DNA of 64,000 nt from Camelus ferus. Its lineage: Eukaryota. This document shows, piece by piece, positions 1-12,577 of this stretch. The position numbers were made by a program, and so were the translations under genes. The notes beneath the pieces were generated by a model that was not told where the DNA came from, did not search any database, and saw nothing but the letters and a program-made list of their open reading frames with translations. The stretch spans positions 34,598,001 through 34,662,000 of the forward strand of contig NC_045696.1 in the NCBI RefSeq assembly GCF_009834535.1, given 5' to 3'. The first letter of the stretch is position 1; every line of letters begins with the position of its first letter.

Positions 1-65
1 ATAGCTGATGTCTGTATTTGAATAAACTGTATTTTTGATATTTCTCTTTTTTTTCTCATTTACAG

Positions 66-207
66 GGAGTTGATTTTCATATGGAGTAAACTTCAGCTTA
101 AGTCTAATCCTTCAAAACAAGTTTTTGTAGATCAATGCTACCAGCTTTTAAGAACAGCAACTAATGTGAGAGTCATATTTCCTTTCATGAAAATCATTAA
201 AGATGAG
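66..207 (+). CDS. ZNF654: ZNF654 internal coding exon (RLF/ZNF292-like N-terminal region)
   Basis: Polypyrimidine tract and TACAG acceptor ending at 65, GAG|GTAAAT donor at 208. Reads (G)+ELIFIWSKLQLKSNPSKQVFVDQCYQLLRTATNVRVIFPFMKIIKDE and ends in phase 0, matching the phase-0 start of the exon at 3343. Confidence 0.88.
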
Positions 208-3200
208 GTAAATAGGATATATTTATCCCTTCATTTTAAATGAAATTTAAATGACAGTTCACTGAAATTTGAATCTCTTAATGATAAAATTTATTTGATT
301 ACATAATTGAAGAAAAGGAGGACTTTAAGGCCACATTCTCCATGTATTATATCCTCCCCTCACCCCAACCTCAAACTCCCAACATAGGTGCAAAGGGTGT
401 ACATAAATGAAAATAACTGAAAAAAAAGAGAAAAAAGGTCAATTTAGTGTTACATAAAGTTGACTAGGGGAATAATTAATTGCTTCCATAAGAAGCTGTT
501 ATCTCTTTTCTTACAATTAAGTCTGTCCCTTTTTATTCTAAATCCTGTTTCTACGTAGAATCTTAACTAATTTGCAAATGAACTTTGTATAACTATAGGT
601 AATACCTGCTCAGTGTCCTAGAGAAATACAGTTCATAGTTTTTAGCCTGGTGTTTAGGTGAAAAGGAACCATGAATTCTGAGGCATTTTTGAAACCTAAG
701 GACAAATTTTTCATGTGTTTATTTAAAATAATAGTAAAGACCCATTACCTATTTTTAAAAATAGTTCTGAAGCAAGTTTTGCCACTTGCAAGTGAATAAA
801 AAACTACATGATTCTTACATAGACATGAAAGTGGATCCTGCAGATCCTTCTACTTTCTCTCCTCAAATATGAATAGAACTTTGACTACAAAGATAGGAAA
901 GATAAAGCTACCCTACATTTTAGGTAGCTCTGTTTAACTGAATCGTTATGTGAGTTACTTTTAAATATATAAGGAGGCATCCACTAAATAATATTTTTTA
1001 TATATTTATGTGTTTATCACATTCATTATCACGTCACTCATTAGATGTAATGACCGTGCAGTGATCATATTCTCGTGATACAAAGCAGCATTATATCAGA
1101 TGGTTTTTCTGTTTTATTTCTCATTTTTTTTGTGCTAACTGCATTAATAGCTTCATTATTAAATAGTAAAATGTCATTCAAATGCATTGTCAAAGTTTAC
1201 CTCTCTCCTCACCAAAAACTGGAGGAAAAAAAACAAACTATGCTGTAGAATACTTCTTAATATTGGAAGTGCATCAGAATCACCTGTAAAACTTTTTAAG
1301 AAATAAAGATGTGTCCATCTTTTTTTAACATATGACTCTCATTTGTACCAAAAATTGAGAGGCTTTTTCATCTAGGTGAAGTTCAGCCAAGCATCACAGA
1401 GCTTTCTCATTTTCACATGTCTGGTCAACCTAAGAATACATGATAAGAGGAAAAATTCAAAGATGAAATAAGTATTTGAATTTTTTAATACACTCTACTA
1501 AAAACATTTTTATCTTATGGACTAGATCAGTCACGTGCCTCTGTGCTGTGAAAAGAGGGACAGGCAATGCTGTGTGAGTTCAGGAGGAGGCGTTACAGAT
1601 AGCATATTGGAAAAGGCTTTACAGAGGAAGATGCTTTCAGCTGGGTTTTAAATGATAGATGAGGATAATATGAATATTTTTAGAGGAGTTTGTAGTTTAT
1701 AGAGCTCCTTTTCCTCATTTTATTAGTTAGTTCTCACAGCTGTCCAGTGGCAGGGAAATCTGTGGACGTGTGTAGAACATGGAACTAATCAGAGTTTAGT
1801 TTTTTTGGGGTGGGGTTGCTAGAGATCCTGAAGGGACTCAATACTAGACAAAAGCTGAAACTTCACTCCACAAATAGACTGGAATTGTTAAAGGATTACA
1901 GGTAAGGAAGTATCCTGTTCCTTTTTGTGATGATCCTGATGTTCGTAAACTTCAGCAACTGGGCACATTACAATTTCATGAGGAAAGACAAAGAATGTAG
2001 ATAAAACTTTGGAGAAAGAATGAATTGTTTTGAAGCAATGGATTTGAATTTGCTTTATCTGGAAAGTGTAAATAGGAATATCTAATTGTAACAGACAGAA
2101 ATAAGAAATTTGAATTCAGAAAAGGATTCCAAGTTAGCAATGGTAGATTTATAGGGGAAAATTAAAGTCAGTGGAATGAATGATCTCAATCATTCTGCAG
2201 ACATTTGTTCAGAGGTCACTGTATGCCATCTCCTATGCTAAACACAGGATAAACAAAAAATGGGACACTATCCCTGTGATTTGGGAATTCAAAGCCAAGC
2301 AGAAGGGGCATAGACAGTTATAAAACAGCATATATGTGCTCCTAGGAAATAAGTGTAAGTTATTTTCAGTGGAAAGAATAGGGAGTGTTTAACTGTAACC
2401 CAGGGCAGGAGCCAGAATGAATGAGAAAAACCTTCAAAGCAGAATTGATTCTCAAAGAATGAACAGGAGATGGGTAGGAATTTACCAGCTAGGGAAAGCA
2501 ATGTGCAAAGTTAAGGTCTCCTTGTGGAACTGTAAGTAAGGGTTACATAGCATGTAAGAAACTGAGAGGACATGAGGCTGGCAAGGAAGTGTTCCTCTTG
2601 GTCATTTATAATATACCACATACAGGCGGTATGACACACACATACACACTTTTAAAGACATATTATTTTATCTCTTTCTATTCAAACAAACATTTAGATC
2701 ATTCCAAATCACTAGAGGCGTTATTTATAATTTGAATTGAGATGGATAGACAACAAATTCCCAACTAAAAGCTGATGCAGTTATCTCTGAGTCATCAGGA
2801 AAAGTTTCAAAGCTTGAATTATTTTCAGTTAACTTCCAGTAGGTTCATTATTCTGATACCTTAATAGATTTGGAAAGTTTGTAACTGTCCTGTTCATGTG
2901 GTTCACACTTCTCCCCTTATTTGGATAAATAATATTATTTAATAAGTATTATTCTGCCACAGAATGTGAGGTTGGTGCCTTAAAACAGGGTCCTAGATTT
3001 GTAAGAAGCTTCAGTCATCATAAGTTTATGAAGCATTTTGTATTTTTAATCACCATAAGGTTGTGAAGCATTTTGTATTATGGTTAGTAGGGCTTGTCGG
3101 ACTTGAGAATTAAATAAATTGGAAGCTTTTTAAAATGCTACCTTTCCAGTTATTCTCAAGTTTAAAAAGAAAGATTTATTTATATATTAAGGAGTTAAGC

Positions 3201-3342
3201 AAAGCTACCCATTGAAGAAAATGCACATTTGGAATATGTGTTTATTCAGCTTTAATTTCAGAGTTGTCTTTTAAAAAGATAAACTAGTAAGTGTTAATAA
3301 TTTTTAAGAAGGTATTTAGTAGTAATATTTTTCTTTTCATAG

Positions 3343-5690
3343 GTGGAAGAAGAAGGCTTACAAATTTGTGTTGAAATATGTGGTTGTGCTCTACAATTAG
3401 ACCTTCATGATGATCCCAAAACAAAATGTCTAATTTATAAAACAATTGCACATTTTTTGCCAAATGATTTGGAGATCCTCAGGATTTGTGCACTCTCAAT
3501 ATTTTTTCTTGAACGTTCCTTGGAAGCTTATCATACTGTTGAAGAACTTTACAAACGTCCAGATGAAGAATACAATGAAGGCACAAGTAGTGTTCAAAAC
3601 CGTGTTCGTTTTGAATTACTTCCGATTTTGAAAAAGGGATTGTTTTTTGATCCTGAATTCTGGAACTTTGTAATGATTAAGAAAAACTGTGTAGCATTAC
3701 TGAGTGATAAATCAGCAGTTAGATTTCTAAATGAAAGTACACTGGAAAATTCTGCAGGTAATGTGAAAAAGGCAATGGAACAGCAAAGTTTAGATGAAGG
3801 GCTTGACTCTCTTACAGATCAGAGTACTGGAGAGCTTGATCCTGACGATGTATCTGGAGTGCAACCAAAAGGTCATATTAATGCAAAGAAAAACGTTACA
3901 GCTCTTAACGCTTCCAAAGTAGATCATAACGTCCCGAGGCATCGGTGTATGTTATGTAACAAGGAATTTCTAGGTGGTCACATTGTAAGGCATGCCCAGG
4001 CTCACCAGAAAAAAGGCAGTTTTTCATGTGTAATATGTGGTCGAAAATTTAGAAACAGAGGACTTATGCAGAAGCATTTAAAAAATCACGTTAAGAAAAT
4101 ACAGAGACAGCAAATTGCAGCAGCTCAACAGGAGGATCAGGAAAATCCTGCTTTGGAAGAAATAAATTATTCTGATACTTTCATTTCATTTGAAAATGGG
4201 AATTCTGATAATAAGGATTTGGAAGTAGAGACCATTACTGCTTCCAGTGATGGAAACAAAGACACCATCCCTGTGCACGTGGCTGAATTCATTGAAATTC
4301 CCGTAAGTGTATCGGAAGATGTTATTGAAAACATTATTGAAAATGGCAGTCCTGATACTTCTTTAAATAGTGTTGCGGAGCCTTTACCTGCGTGTGTGGA
4401 TGACTATGAGGAGGAAGAAGACGAAGAAGGTGATTATGAGGAAGATGATTATGACCTGAATCAAGACACTTCAGTACTTCATAAAATCAATGGAGCTGTG
4501 TGCCATCCAAAAGACATATATGCGACAGATCAAGAAGGAAACTTTAAGTGCCCTGCTCTTGGCTGTGTCAGGATATTTAAAAGAATTGGTTTTCTGAATA
4601 AGCACGCAAGGACTGTACACCCAACTGATTTAAATGTGCGGCAAACAGTAATGAAGTGGAGCAAAGGAAAATGCAAATTTTGTCAAAGGCAATTTGAAGA
4701 CTCTCAGCATTTTATAGATCACCTTAATAGACACAGCTATCCAAATGTGTACTTTTGTTTGCATTTTAATTGCAATGAGTCATTCAAGCTGCCATTCCAA
4801 CTTGCTCAGCACACAAAGAGTCACAGGATATTTCAAGCTCAGTGTAGTTTTCCAGAATGCCATGAGCTTTTTGAAGATCTTCCTCTGCTATATGAACATG
4901 AAGCTCAGCATTATTTAAGTAAAACACCAGAATCATCTGCTCAACCAAGTGAGGCAGTTCTTTGGGATGTTCTCACAGACTCAAGTTCTAATCATCAGGA
5001 AAAAGACTCATCTAGTAATGAGAAACAAACTATTAGTCTGCCAGTTTCTACTAGCAAATCAAGAAAAGATTCTACAGAACCAAAGACGTGTATAGAAAGT
5101 ATGGAAAGGAAAACAGACCAGTTTAGTTCAGAATGGAAATGAACATTCTGGTGACACTATTCCTGGTATAAGCTTGATAGACCAAAAGATGCCTGACATA
5201 GAGCCAAATTCTGAAAATAACTGTAGTATTAGTGATTTAGTCAATGGACACAGTGGAATAGAGCAGACACCTTTAGTTTCGTCAGATCCCGCTTTGAAAA
5301 TTGATACAAATAGAATCAGGACAGAAAACGGTTCCATTTTACCCAGTGTTGTACCACAAGAACACAATATCCTGCCAGTATCTCAGGCACCTTCCAAACC
5401 AAATCTGACAAGTGAACATACTTCATATGGCTTAATTTTAACAAAGCCATATGTCAGACCATTGCCTCCCAGTTACCTTGATGAACGGTACCTTAGTATG
5501 CCAAAACGCAGAAAATTTCTGACTGATAGGGTAGATGCCTGTTCTGATCAAGATAACGTTTGTAAAAAATCAGTGAAAAGACTAAGATGTGGCAAATGCC
5601 TGACCACCTACTGTAATGCAGAAGCACTTGAGGCTCACCTTGCACAAAAGAAATGTCAGACACTCTTTGGATTTGATTCAGATGATGAAA
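3343..5690 (+). CDS. ZNF654: ZNF654 large penultimate exon with C2H2 zinc fingers and an acidic tract; contains an apparent +1 frameshift at 5118-5119
   Basis: TTTTCTTTTCATAG acceptor ending at 3342 and AAA|GTAAGT donor at 5691. ORFs 3343-5142 and 5174-5752 encode C2H2 motifs (CMLC..H..H, CVIC..H..H, CPALGC..H..H, CKFC..H..H, CGKC..H) and match my recall of ZNF654. The two frames join if one C is removed at 5118/5119. Confidence 0.93.
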
Positions 5691-5720
5691 GTAAGTCTTC
5701 TATCTTCTCAGTAGGTTTAT
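5612..5720 (-). other. CGGBP1: Candidate non-coding exon of an antisense transcript (long CGGBP1 5'UTR isoform)
   Basis: Minus-strand acceptor TTTTCTATTTCTACAG ending at 5721. Candidate donors are ACA|GTAGGT (exon end 5612) and AAG|GTGAGC (exon end 5639). No ATG inside. Gene identity rests on recalled human synteny. Confidence 0.45.
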
Positions 5721-5789
5721 CTGTAGAAATAGAAAATACCATAAATCTTTAGGAGGTTAAAAAACTAACATTTGTATAACACAGATAAT

Positions 5790-5960
5790 AAAGCACTACC
5801 TCATACATTAATTCCTTTTAACCATACAACCACCATGATGTTACTATTCCTGTTTTATAGATCAAGCAACTGACATTCACAAGTCAAGTAATGTGCATAG
5901 GCCTAGGCCTATGAACTTGTGGAAGCCAGAACTTGAATGGTTTTTTCATACTTTTGGATC
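5790..5960 (-). mobile_element. MIR remnant
   Basis: Core-like TATTCCTGTTTTATAGATCAAGCAACTGACATTCACAAG. Confidence 0.5.
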
Positions 5961-6271
5961 ATGCTCTTTAACTGTATCTGAGGCTTTTCTTCATTCCAAG
6001 TTTCATGTAATAAAAGGTCTAAGACAAAGTAATTATGATGGAATTGTTTTTCATCTGCATGCTGGAATGTAAACCAAGTTGAGCCTCTATTACAAAAATA
6101 AAAATAAGAACCAGATAATAATTGAAAAACAAACTTGAACAAAAGAAGAGCTTGCCTTTCTACTAATACTAATATTCTTTCAATGAGTAAGGGTATGAAC
6201 AGGAAATCTAAATTAGAATTCTAGTTGAAAGTCAATAAAATTTGAATTAACAGACGTGTTCTGTTTTACAG

Positions 6272-6279
6272 GTGCCTGA
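6272..6279 (+). CDS. ZNF654: ZNF654 terminal exon, coding part (completes ...DDESA-stop)
   Basis: GTTCTGTTTTACAG acceptor ending at 6271. The phase-1 A from 5690 plus GT GCC TGA gives Ser-Ala-stop. Confidence 0.85.
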
Positions 6280-9200
6280 TAAAAATGTTTCAGAAAGATC
6301 TGTCGATCAAGCAGTAGTGTGCAAAAAAGCACTACAAGAAAATGCATCATCAGTTTGCTATTTCCCTGATGGCCTTAATTTTAGAGCGGTCTTGGATTAC
6401 TAAAGATAAAGACAAAGCACATTTTCTAGAATGAACTCACAGAGGAGATGTGCTGGTTTAGACTCCAAAAGGGTTATTTACAAAACTCCCAAAGTACCAG
6501 TTATCCAGAAAACCACATTTTTTAAGAAGTTGATGATCGATAGCAGCATGTTCAGTTTCGCTTATGTGAGAAACGTGTTCAACTAGACAGAATAACCAGC
6601 TATGGCCTTACAGAAAGGGAAAAACTAACCCATTCTAAAAAAAGGGGGAGGGTTGGTTTACAATAAACAACTTCAAAAGTATTCTACAAATGGGATTTGT
6701 TTTCTTGTCATGCATAATCAGATTATGTCCTCCTTCCTGGTCAAATACACTTTAAGGAACCATTTCTGTTTGGTTTATTATAATTTAGAAACTGATAGAT
6801 GAAAATTAAACTTGATTTATCACCATGCTATCCATAAAAGATTGTGACTTGTTTCCAGGTGATTGATTAGATCAAAGTTCAATGAATGACATGTCAGCAT
6901 TGAAAATTAAAAAATAAAACAGTACTTTGCTAATAAGCTTTAGCTCTTGACAGAATCTTTCACTTTCCATTTTTGTAATACCAATGAGTTATATTTAAAA
7001 GGCAGCAGCGTCAGTAGAAAACATACAGTCAGTAACTTGGGAGAGATGAGAGGAATCTAAGACCATTAAGGCTATCTTGGTTGAAGGAAAACACTGAATT
7101 GCAAATTAATTATTCAATGTGAATAATGGTATAAGCACACTGGGATATTTCCGTTTGTACGTAGAGTAGGGTTAGGACATTACTTGATGATTCTTAGTAA
7201 GGTCCGTTAGACATTAATGTGTTATCCAAGTACAGTCCTCTAAGAATAACTGGCTGAAAAAAACATGCAGCCGAGAATCATAAGAATTCATTGGTTTTAT
7301 TCAGTTAGGAGAGTTAATTCTAAAATAAGCTGTATTACTCATGCTTTCTTATTTCTGGTAAATTTGATTTGAATAGTAATTTTTATATATAAAAGGAAAT
7401 ATTTACACAAACATTTGCACAGCAAGAACACAATAAGGTATGCTGATGCATTTATTTTCCTTAATGACCAGTAATTTTCCTAAGGAAGATTTTAATTTAA
7501 TAAATTGTAAAACAAAAAAGTTTTTAAAAATATCCTCTCAGATGTGTTCCACTTGTACAGTCTCTAAAAGAGGATGCTTAAAGACCTCCTTTTACCTAAT
7601 AGCGTGTTAATCTATAGCAGGGGTAAAATGAACAAAAATGCAAAGGCAAATTCTTTAGAAACAGAGCTATTAATATACCAAATATTCCAGTTATTCTGAC
7701 ACATTCTTGTTCAAAGCATATAATCTCATCAAACTCTATTATAAATTTTTTAAACATTAAAGCATCTTGAATGAAGTTACTGAGGAAGTGGGACTTTTCC
7801 TCCAGGGTAGCATCCAAACTTTATTAAAATAGGATTACTAGATCATGGCAGATCACATATTCAAACAAACCCTCCCAGTTCTATTAGTTTACTTATCACA
7901 GGCATTCACCACTATGCAGCTGATAGTCATGAATCCATTCCAATCAAATCAGGTTTTTGTTCTGTTAATGTAGCCTAAGTTAGGCTGTGGAATTTACATT
8001 TAAATAACATAAGTAAACACAACTCCTAACACAGTTTAAAATCCTTTAAGGTCAACTAAAGAAAAAAGTGTTTTCCATACTTCCTGATACTAAAAATGTA
8101 ATACTGGAGTTCTATTTCAGTTCAGTCTAAAATACATCATGTAATAAGAAGTCAGTTTGGAAACTAGTTCAAAGGGACAATGAAGTTTTTTTGAAATACA
8201 ATTTCTGCTTTGTACATTTTTCAGAAGTTTAAAATCACAGCTTAACATTTTATCACATCTTTAACTTTTAATTTTTTCTAAGTTGTAACTATTGACATAA
8301 ATCCATGTCTACAGATTGTTATTTTCATTCATTTTGCAGTTCATACCAAGATGTTTTTAAACATAATCCACTTGTTATTTTTTTGTCTTTAATTTGAGGT
8401 TTTATTTCTACTTTGTGTTGCTAAGGGAAAACTGTTTCTGGAACTCTAAGGTCAAATGGGTTTATACATAAACCAATAAATCATAAATCAAGGAATGTTT
8501 TACGAAATTCTATCTGACCATTGTTCTAACCTCTTTATATGTGTATCAAATAATTGCCGTTGAAAGAATGTGTACATTTTCTTATGTATGCCATTATAAA
8601 ACATAAATGTACATCATTTTGCTTTTATAGGGTGCATAAACTTCCAACAGTTCTAATGTGGGGTTCAGAAGATAAGGAAACTTTCTTCTTGTCCCTCAAA
8701 TTCTTCTCATTTTCTTTTCTACTTCTGTTTTGAGGATGTGTTTATCTTACATGGACCAAGTTTCAATTTTTTGTTTTTAAATAAAAATTTCCTTTGAAAC
8801 ATTAAATATTAACTTTCTGCTGTTTCAGTAAGGTAAAAAAAAAAAAAAAGCAAATCTGAATTTTTGCTGCTCAGATACTATGGAGAAGATAGAAAAGAAC
8901 CTCCGTGGACAAGGACACTGGTACTTTGGGCTTTAGCCATATTCGTTTTTTTAAAAACACCAATTATATAATGAATAGATAACTTATAACACTGAACTTG
9001 TGATTCTTCTCAAATCACACTTGAAGGTTCAGCTGTACTCCTTTCATGTTTGGTTTAAACTGTAGTATGGATGAAAAACCTAAAAGGGATGATAGTGTTT
9101 ATTTTTTAATTTATTTGGTACTGTAAAACACCTTTTCAGAATGACTAAATGCTGCATATGCATTTTGGGACTGTTAATATGTGAAAGATATTACAGATTC

Positions 9201-9385
9201 AGCAAGAAAGGAAATTTGTGCTTCCTTGTTGAACATTAAATTATTTTACTTTGCATTTTATAAGAGTACAAATTAAAACTGAGCCATTGAACTGCAATAA
9301 ATCAACAATAGTGTCTCATTTCAAGAAATTTTTTGTACTGTACATAGATTTGTTCAATAAAACATTGTCCTTGTTGGTAATGAAG
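6280..9385 (+). other. ZNF654: ZNF654 3'UTR
   Basis: AT-rich and free of recognisable repeats after the stop codon, ending at a well-formed polyadenylation signal. The end position is approximate. Confidence 0.7.
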
Positions 9386-9400
9386 TGTTCAGTTTTATGT
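9334..9400 (+). terminator. Likely distal polyadenylation signal of ZNF654
   Basis: AATAAA at 9356-9361, upstream TGTA motifs (9334, 9339) and downstream GT/T-rich sequence. Other AATAAA hexamers lie at 8475, 8779 and 9296. Confidence 0.65.
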
Positions 9401-10509
9401 AGCACATTGCTTCTGAAGGAATTAGACTTAAGGTATATATTAACTAAGAAATTTCTGTTTCATAAGAGAAGGAGGTATTACAGTTAATATTACCATATTC
9501 AGATTATTGAGTGATTTTAAAAAACAGAACAATATAGTTTACACAAAATAGATATTTTTAGACATTATTTAAAGTAATGTCCATGTTCAGATGTAGGAAT
9601 TACAAGGTTGACAGAATGCTGGTTACTAAAGTCATTTCGAGTAAATGGTTTCAGTGTGATACAAGGCCGTCTGCAAACTTTGTAGGTGGAAGACAGACAC
9701 CAGAATCACCAAAAGCAAGACAGTAAATAGACTGATCTAGACTGGTAACTCTCCAGGGATGTAAAGCCTCTGGCGGAACTTAAAACAAAAAAAGGCTGGG
9801 AAGTCACTTTGAAATAAGATGTAAATTTTGAAAATTACTTCCTACAAAAGCATTTCAATGGCAAAATGTTGAAGCTGGTTAGTGATGTGTATCTAAAAGT
9901 GAGGCCCTTGGGTGGGAGGGCTCCTACTCTTGGTTCTCTTACAAAGGAAAACCCCCTACACTGTTTGCTCTAACTTGCAACTTGAAAAAATGGGGGACAG
10001 AGTAGAAAGAGCATGTCTTTGATGCGAAAGAGCACTGGAAATGAAAGAATAATTGTGTTAATTACAGTGATGTGTACATATTATAAATGCTATGCTTTGA
10101 AGAACACCGAGAAAGTTACTGAAGCATTCTAGATCTAGAATTCTGCATCTATGATTTATGGTCATATGATCTTAGACTATTAAGTGTATTGAGGTGTTTA
10201 GATAAAATAATTGGGGTTATCTAGACTTTCCATTTTTTCTTTTCTGAAATTTGAGGAATGCTGGGAAGCAATCAAATATTAAATACACTTCCAAGATAAA
10301 CAAATTAGACTGCTTTCATAACATAAGATCTAGACTGATTTCAAGAATCAGCTGCTAACAAGGCCAGAAGTTTGGGCTGTATATCAATATTTGAAATGGA
10401 GGCAATCCAGTATTACACTGAATAAAAACTAAAAATGGGAGAGAGGCTCATGCCTCATTTATGGGTACTGCACACTGGAGAAGAAATGGTTTCTGTTTTA
10501 CTAAATCAC

Positions 10510-10700
10510 TGTGTACCAGCTACTGTGTATGTATCACCTCAAATTGTTAAAACAACCCAAAGGTAGATATGAACACTGCTTTTTAGACACCAAGGCTCAG
10601 AAAGGTTAAATAACTTGACTAAAGTCACACAACTAATAGTTGGAAAGATGGGACTGAAAAAAGCCAATGTTTCCTCCTCAAACCGTGGTGCCATGCAGTT
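10510..10700 (-). mobile_element. MIR remnant
   Basis: AAGGCTCAGAAAGGTTAAATAACTTGACTAAAGTCACACAACTA matches the MIR core. Confidence 0.7.
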
Positions 10701-10841
10701 TTCCCTCCAAGTGTAGGGCATGAATGGATCTACTATACTCAAGTGGAGAGGGTTAGGCTTGCCTGAGGATCAGTGATTTCAGAGACAAAGTATGTGGTCT
10801 GGTACAGACATGGCTGGTTGATGTTTCATTCTCTCCTACCG

Positions 10842-11000
10842 GCAGCGATTCTTCCAGGGTGCTCCCCGGAACAGCAGAAGAGGCATTCACCTGAGAACTT
10901 GTTAGAAATACTAAATTTTTGATCAGGTGCAGTGCTAATCAGTCATTTAAGAAGTCTTCCTGGTGGTTTTGATACACACCTAGGTTTGAAAACCACAGAT
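10842..11000. mobile_element. MER5A-like hAT-Charlie fragment
   Basis: CACCTGAGAACTTGTTAGAAAT ... GGTTTGAAAACCAC. Confidence 0.6.
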
Positions 11001-11877
11001 CTAAAGAAACAAGGTTCTTCATGTTTCCCTGGAAAGTAAACTATTAAATTCATAGAGGCTTCTTAGAAACTCAGTTTCCAGGACATTTAAGAACTTCCCT
11101 ATCAACAGGTACTTAAATAATTTACCACTGTTGAATGAATGGATATTTTAACAGGTCTAATGCCCCAAACCACTCTACTCTAGAAAACTTTTTTCTCACA
11201 GTATTCAGTAATCAAAACCACAAGAATGGAATCTAATGAAAACAGCTCAAAGAGGTGTGGGGACCGGTTGTATTCAAGTTCCAGCATAAGTTTTAAGGCA
11301 ATTCAGCATATCCCACTGTGCTCAGACTTACACAGCAGTTAAAAGGCAGCTGGTCTTGCCTGGTGCTGAGCCCTTCCTGTTAGGATTTTTCTACATTTCT
11401 CTTTCTGCCATGGCTTCTGTACCACCCCTTGCTCTAGCCATGCTGTTTTATTCCATGCACTTTTCACTACCGCTCCCTTTCCCTGTAATTCTTTTTCATT
11501 CCTTTTACCTGTGGTTCTCTTTCCACCTCACCCCTCATTCTTCGCTTAATCTTCTTGGGCATCACCACACTCTCCACAAAGACTAATCTCTCCTAATAAC
11601 TCCGGATTTCTCCACTGAAACCTACTTCTTCCAGTCTTCCTCCTTTCAGTAAACAGCAACTCCAGTTGCCCAAACCAAAACCTTGCCATCAGCCCTGACT
11701 CACTCTCATGCCCTCCACTCTCATGGACTATTGTAGTAGTCTTCTAACTGGGTTCCCTGCCTCTTCCCTTGCCCTTCATGCGGTCTGTTCTATACACCAG
11801 CAGCCAAAATGATGCAGTTTGAAAACTAGTCAGATCATGCCATTCCTCAGTTTATAATTTTCCAATGGCTTTGCAAT

Positions 11878-12340
11878 TCATTCAATTATTCAACAAATAT
11901 TTACTGCATACCTACTATGTGCCACGCTCTGAAACAGGCAATGGAAGGAAACAAAAACCTCTGGCTCAGAGAACTCACATTCTACCGGGGGCGGGAGTGG
12001 GGGGTAACAAACCTACAGTATAAGTACTAGAGAGAAAAATTAAGTGGGTAGGGAAGGTATAAGTAAGCATGGCATTGTAGGTGATGATTTTAAACAGGAT
12101 GGTGATAAGAGATGATAATACCTCTTTGATAAGTGACTGTTGAGCAAGGACCTGAATGAAATAAGGGAAAGCGAGCCATTCAGATATTTGAGGGGAGAAC
12201 GTGCCAGGCAGAACAGCAAGAACAGAGACTGAGGCAAGGACCTGCATGACAAGTTTAAGGAACAAACAGCATGGGAACCACTGTGACTAGTCTGGAGTGA
12301 GAGACAGAGAATAATAGGAAATGCAGGCAGAAGGGTAAGG
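11878..12340 (-). mobile_element. L2 3' fragment nested in an opposite-orientation L2 (~11600-13205)
   Basis: ATTCAACAAATATTTACTGCATACCTACTATGTGCC is the reverse complement of the L2 3' end. A + strand L2 tail lies at ~13070-13205. Confidence 0.75.
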
Positions 12341-12379
12341 GATAAAAGCCAAAGTCTTTACAGTGGCCTACAAGGTTCC

Positions 12380-12560
12380 AGACTGTACTATCTAAGAGTA
12401 TTCATTAGCCATATGTGGCTATTAAAATTTAATTAAAATTAAAATTAAAATTCAGTTCCTCAGTTGTACTAGCCACACAACAAGAGCTCTGTAGCCACAT
12501 GCACTGATGGTTACCGTATTAGCCCAGACATAGAATATTTTCACCTCTTCAGCACTTTTG
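12380..12560. mobile_element. MER3/MER33-like hAT element
   Basis: TAGCCATATGTGGCTATT...AAAATTCAGTTCCTCAGTTGTACTAGCCACA. Confidence 0.65.
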
Positions 12561-12577
12561 GACAGGTGACACTGTAT

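Noticed and set aside
5110..5142. Programmed ribosomal frameshift in ZNF654
   Set aside because: I see no slippery heptamer or obvious stimulatory structure, and recalled orthologues are continuous. A simple indel explains it.
5174..5752. 192-aa ORF as a separate gene
   Set aside because: It starts at TTG inside the ZNF654 exon and is that gene's C-terminal frame after the 1-nt insertion.
8835..8849. A-run in the ZNF654 3'UTR as a retrocopy tail or transcript end
   Set aside because: It is a genomic homopolymer with no associated element or TSD. It matters only as an internal-priming artefact.
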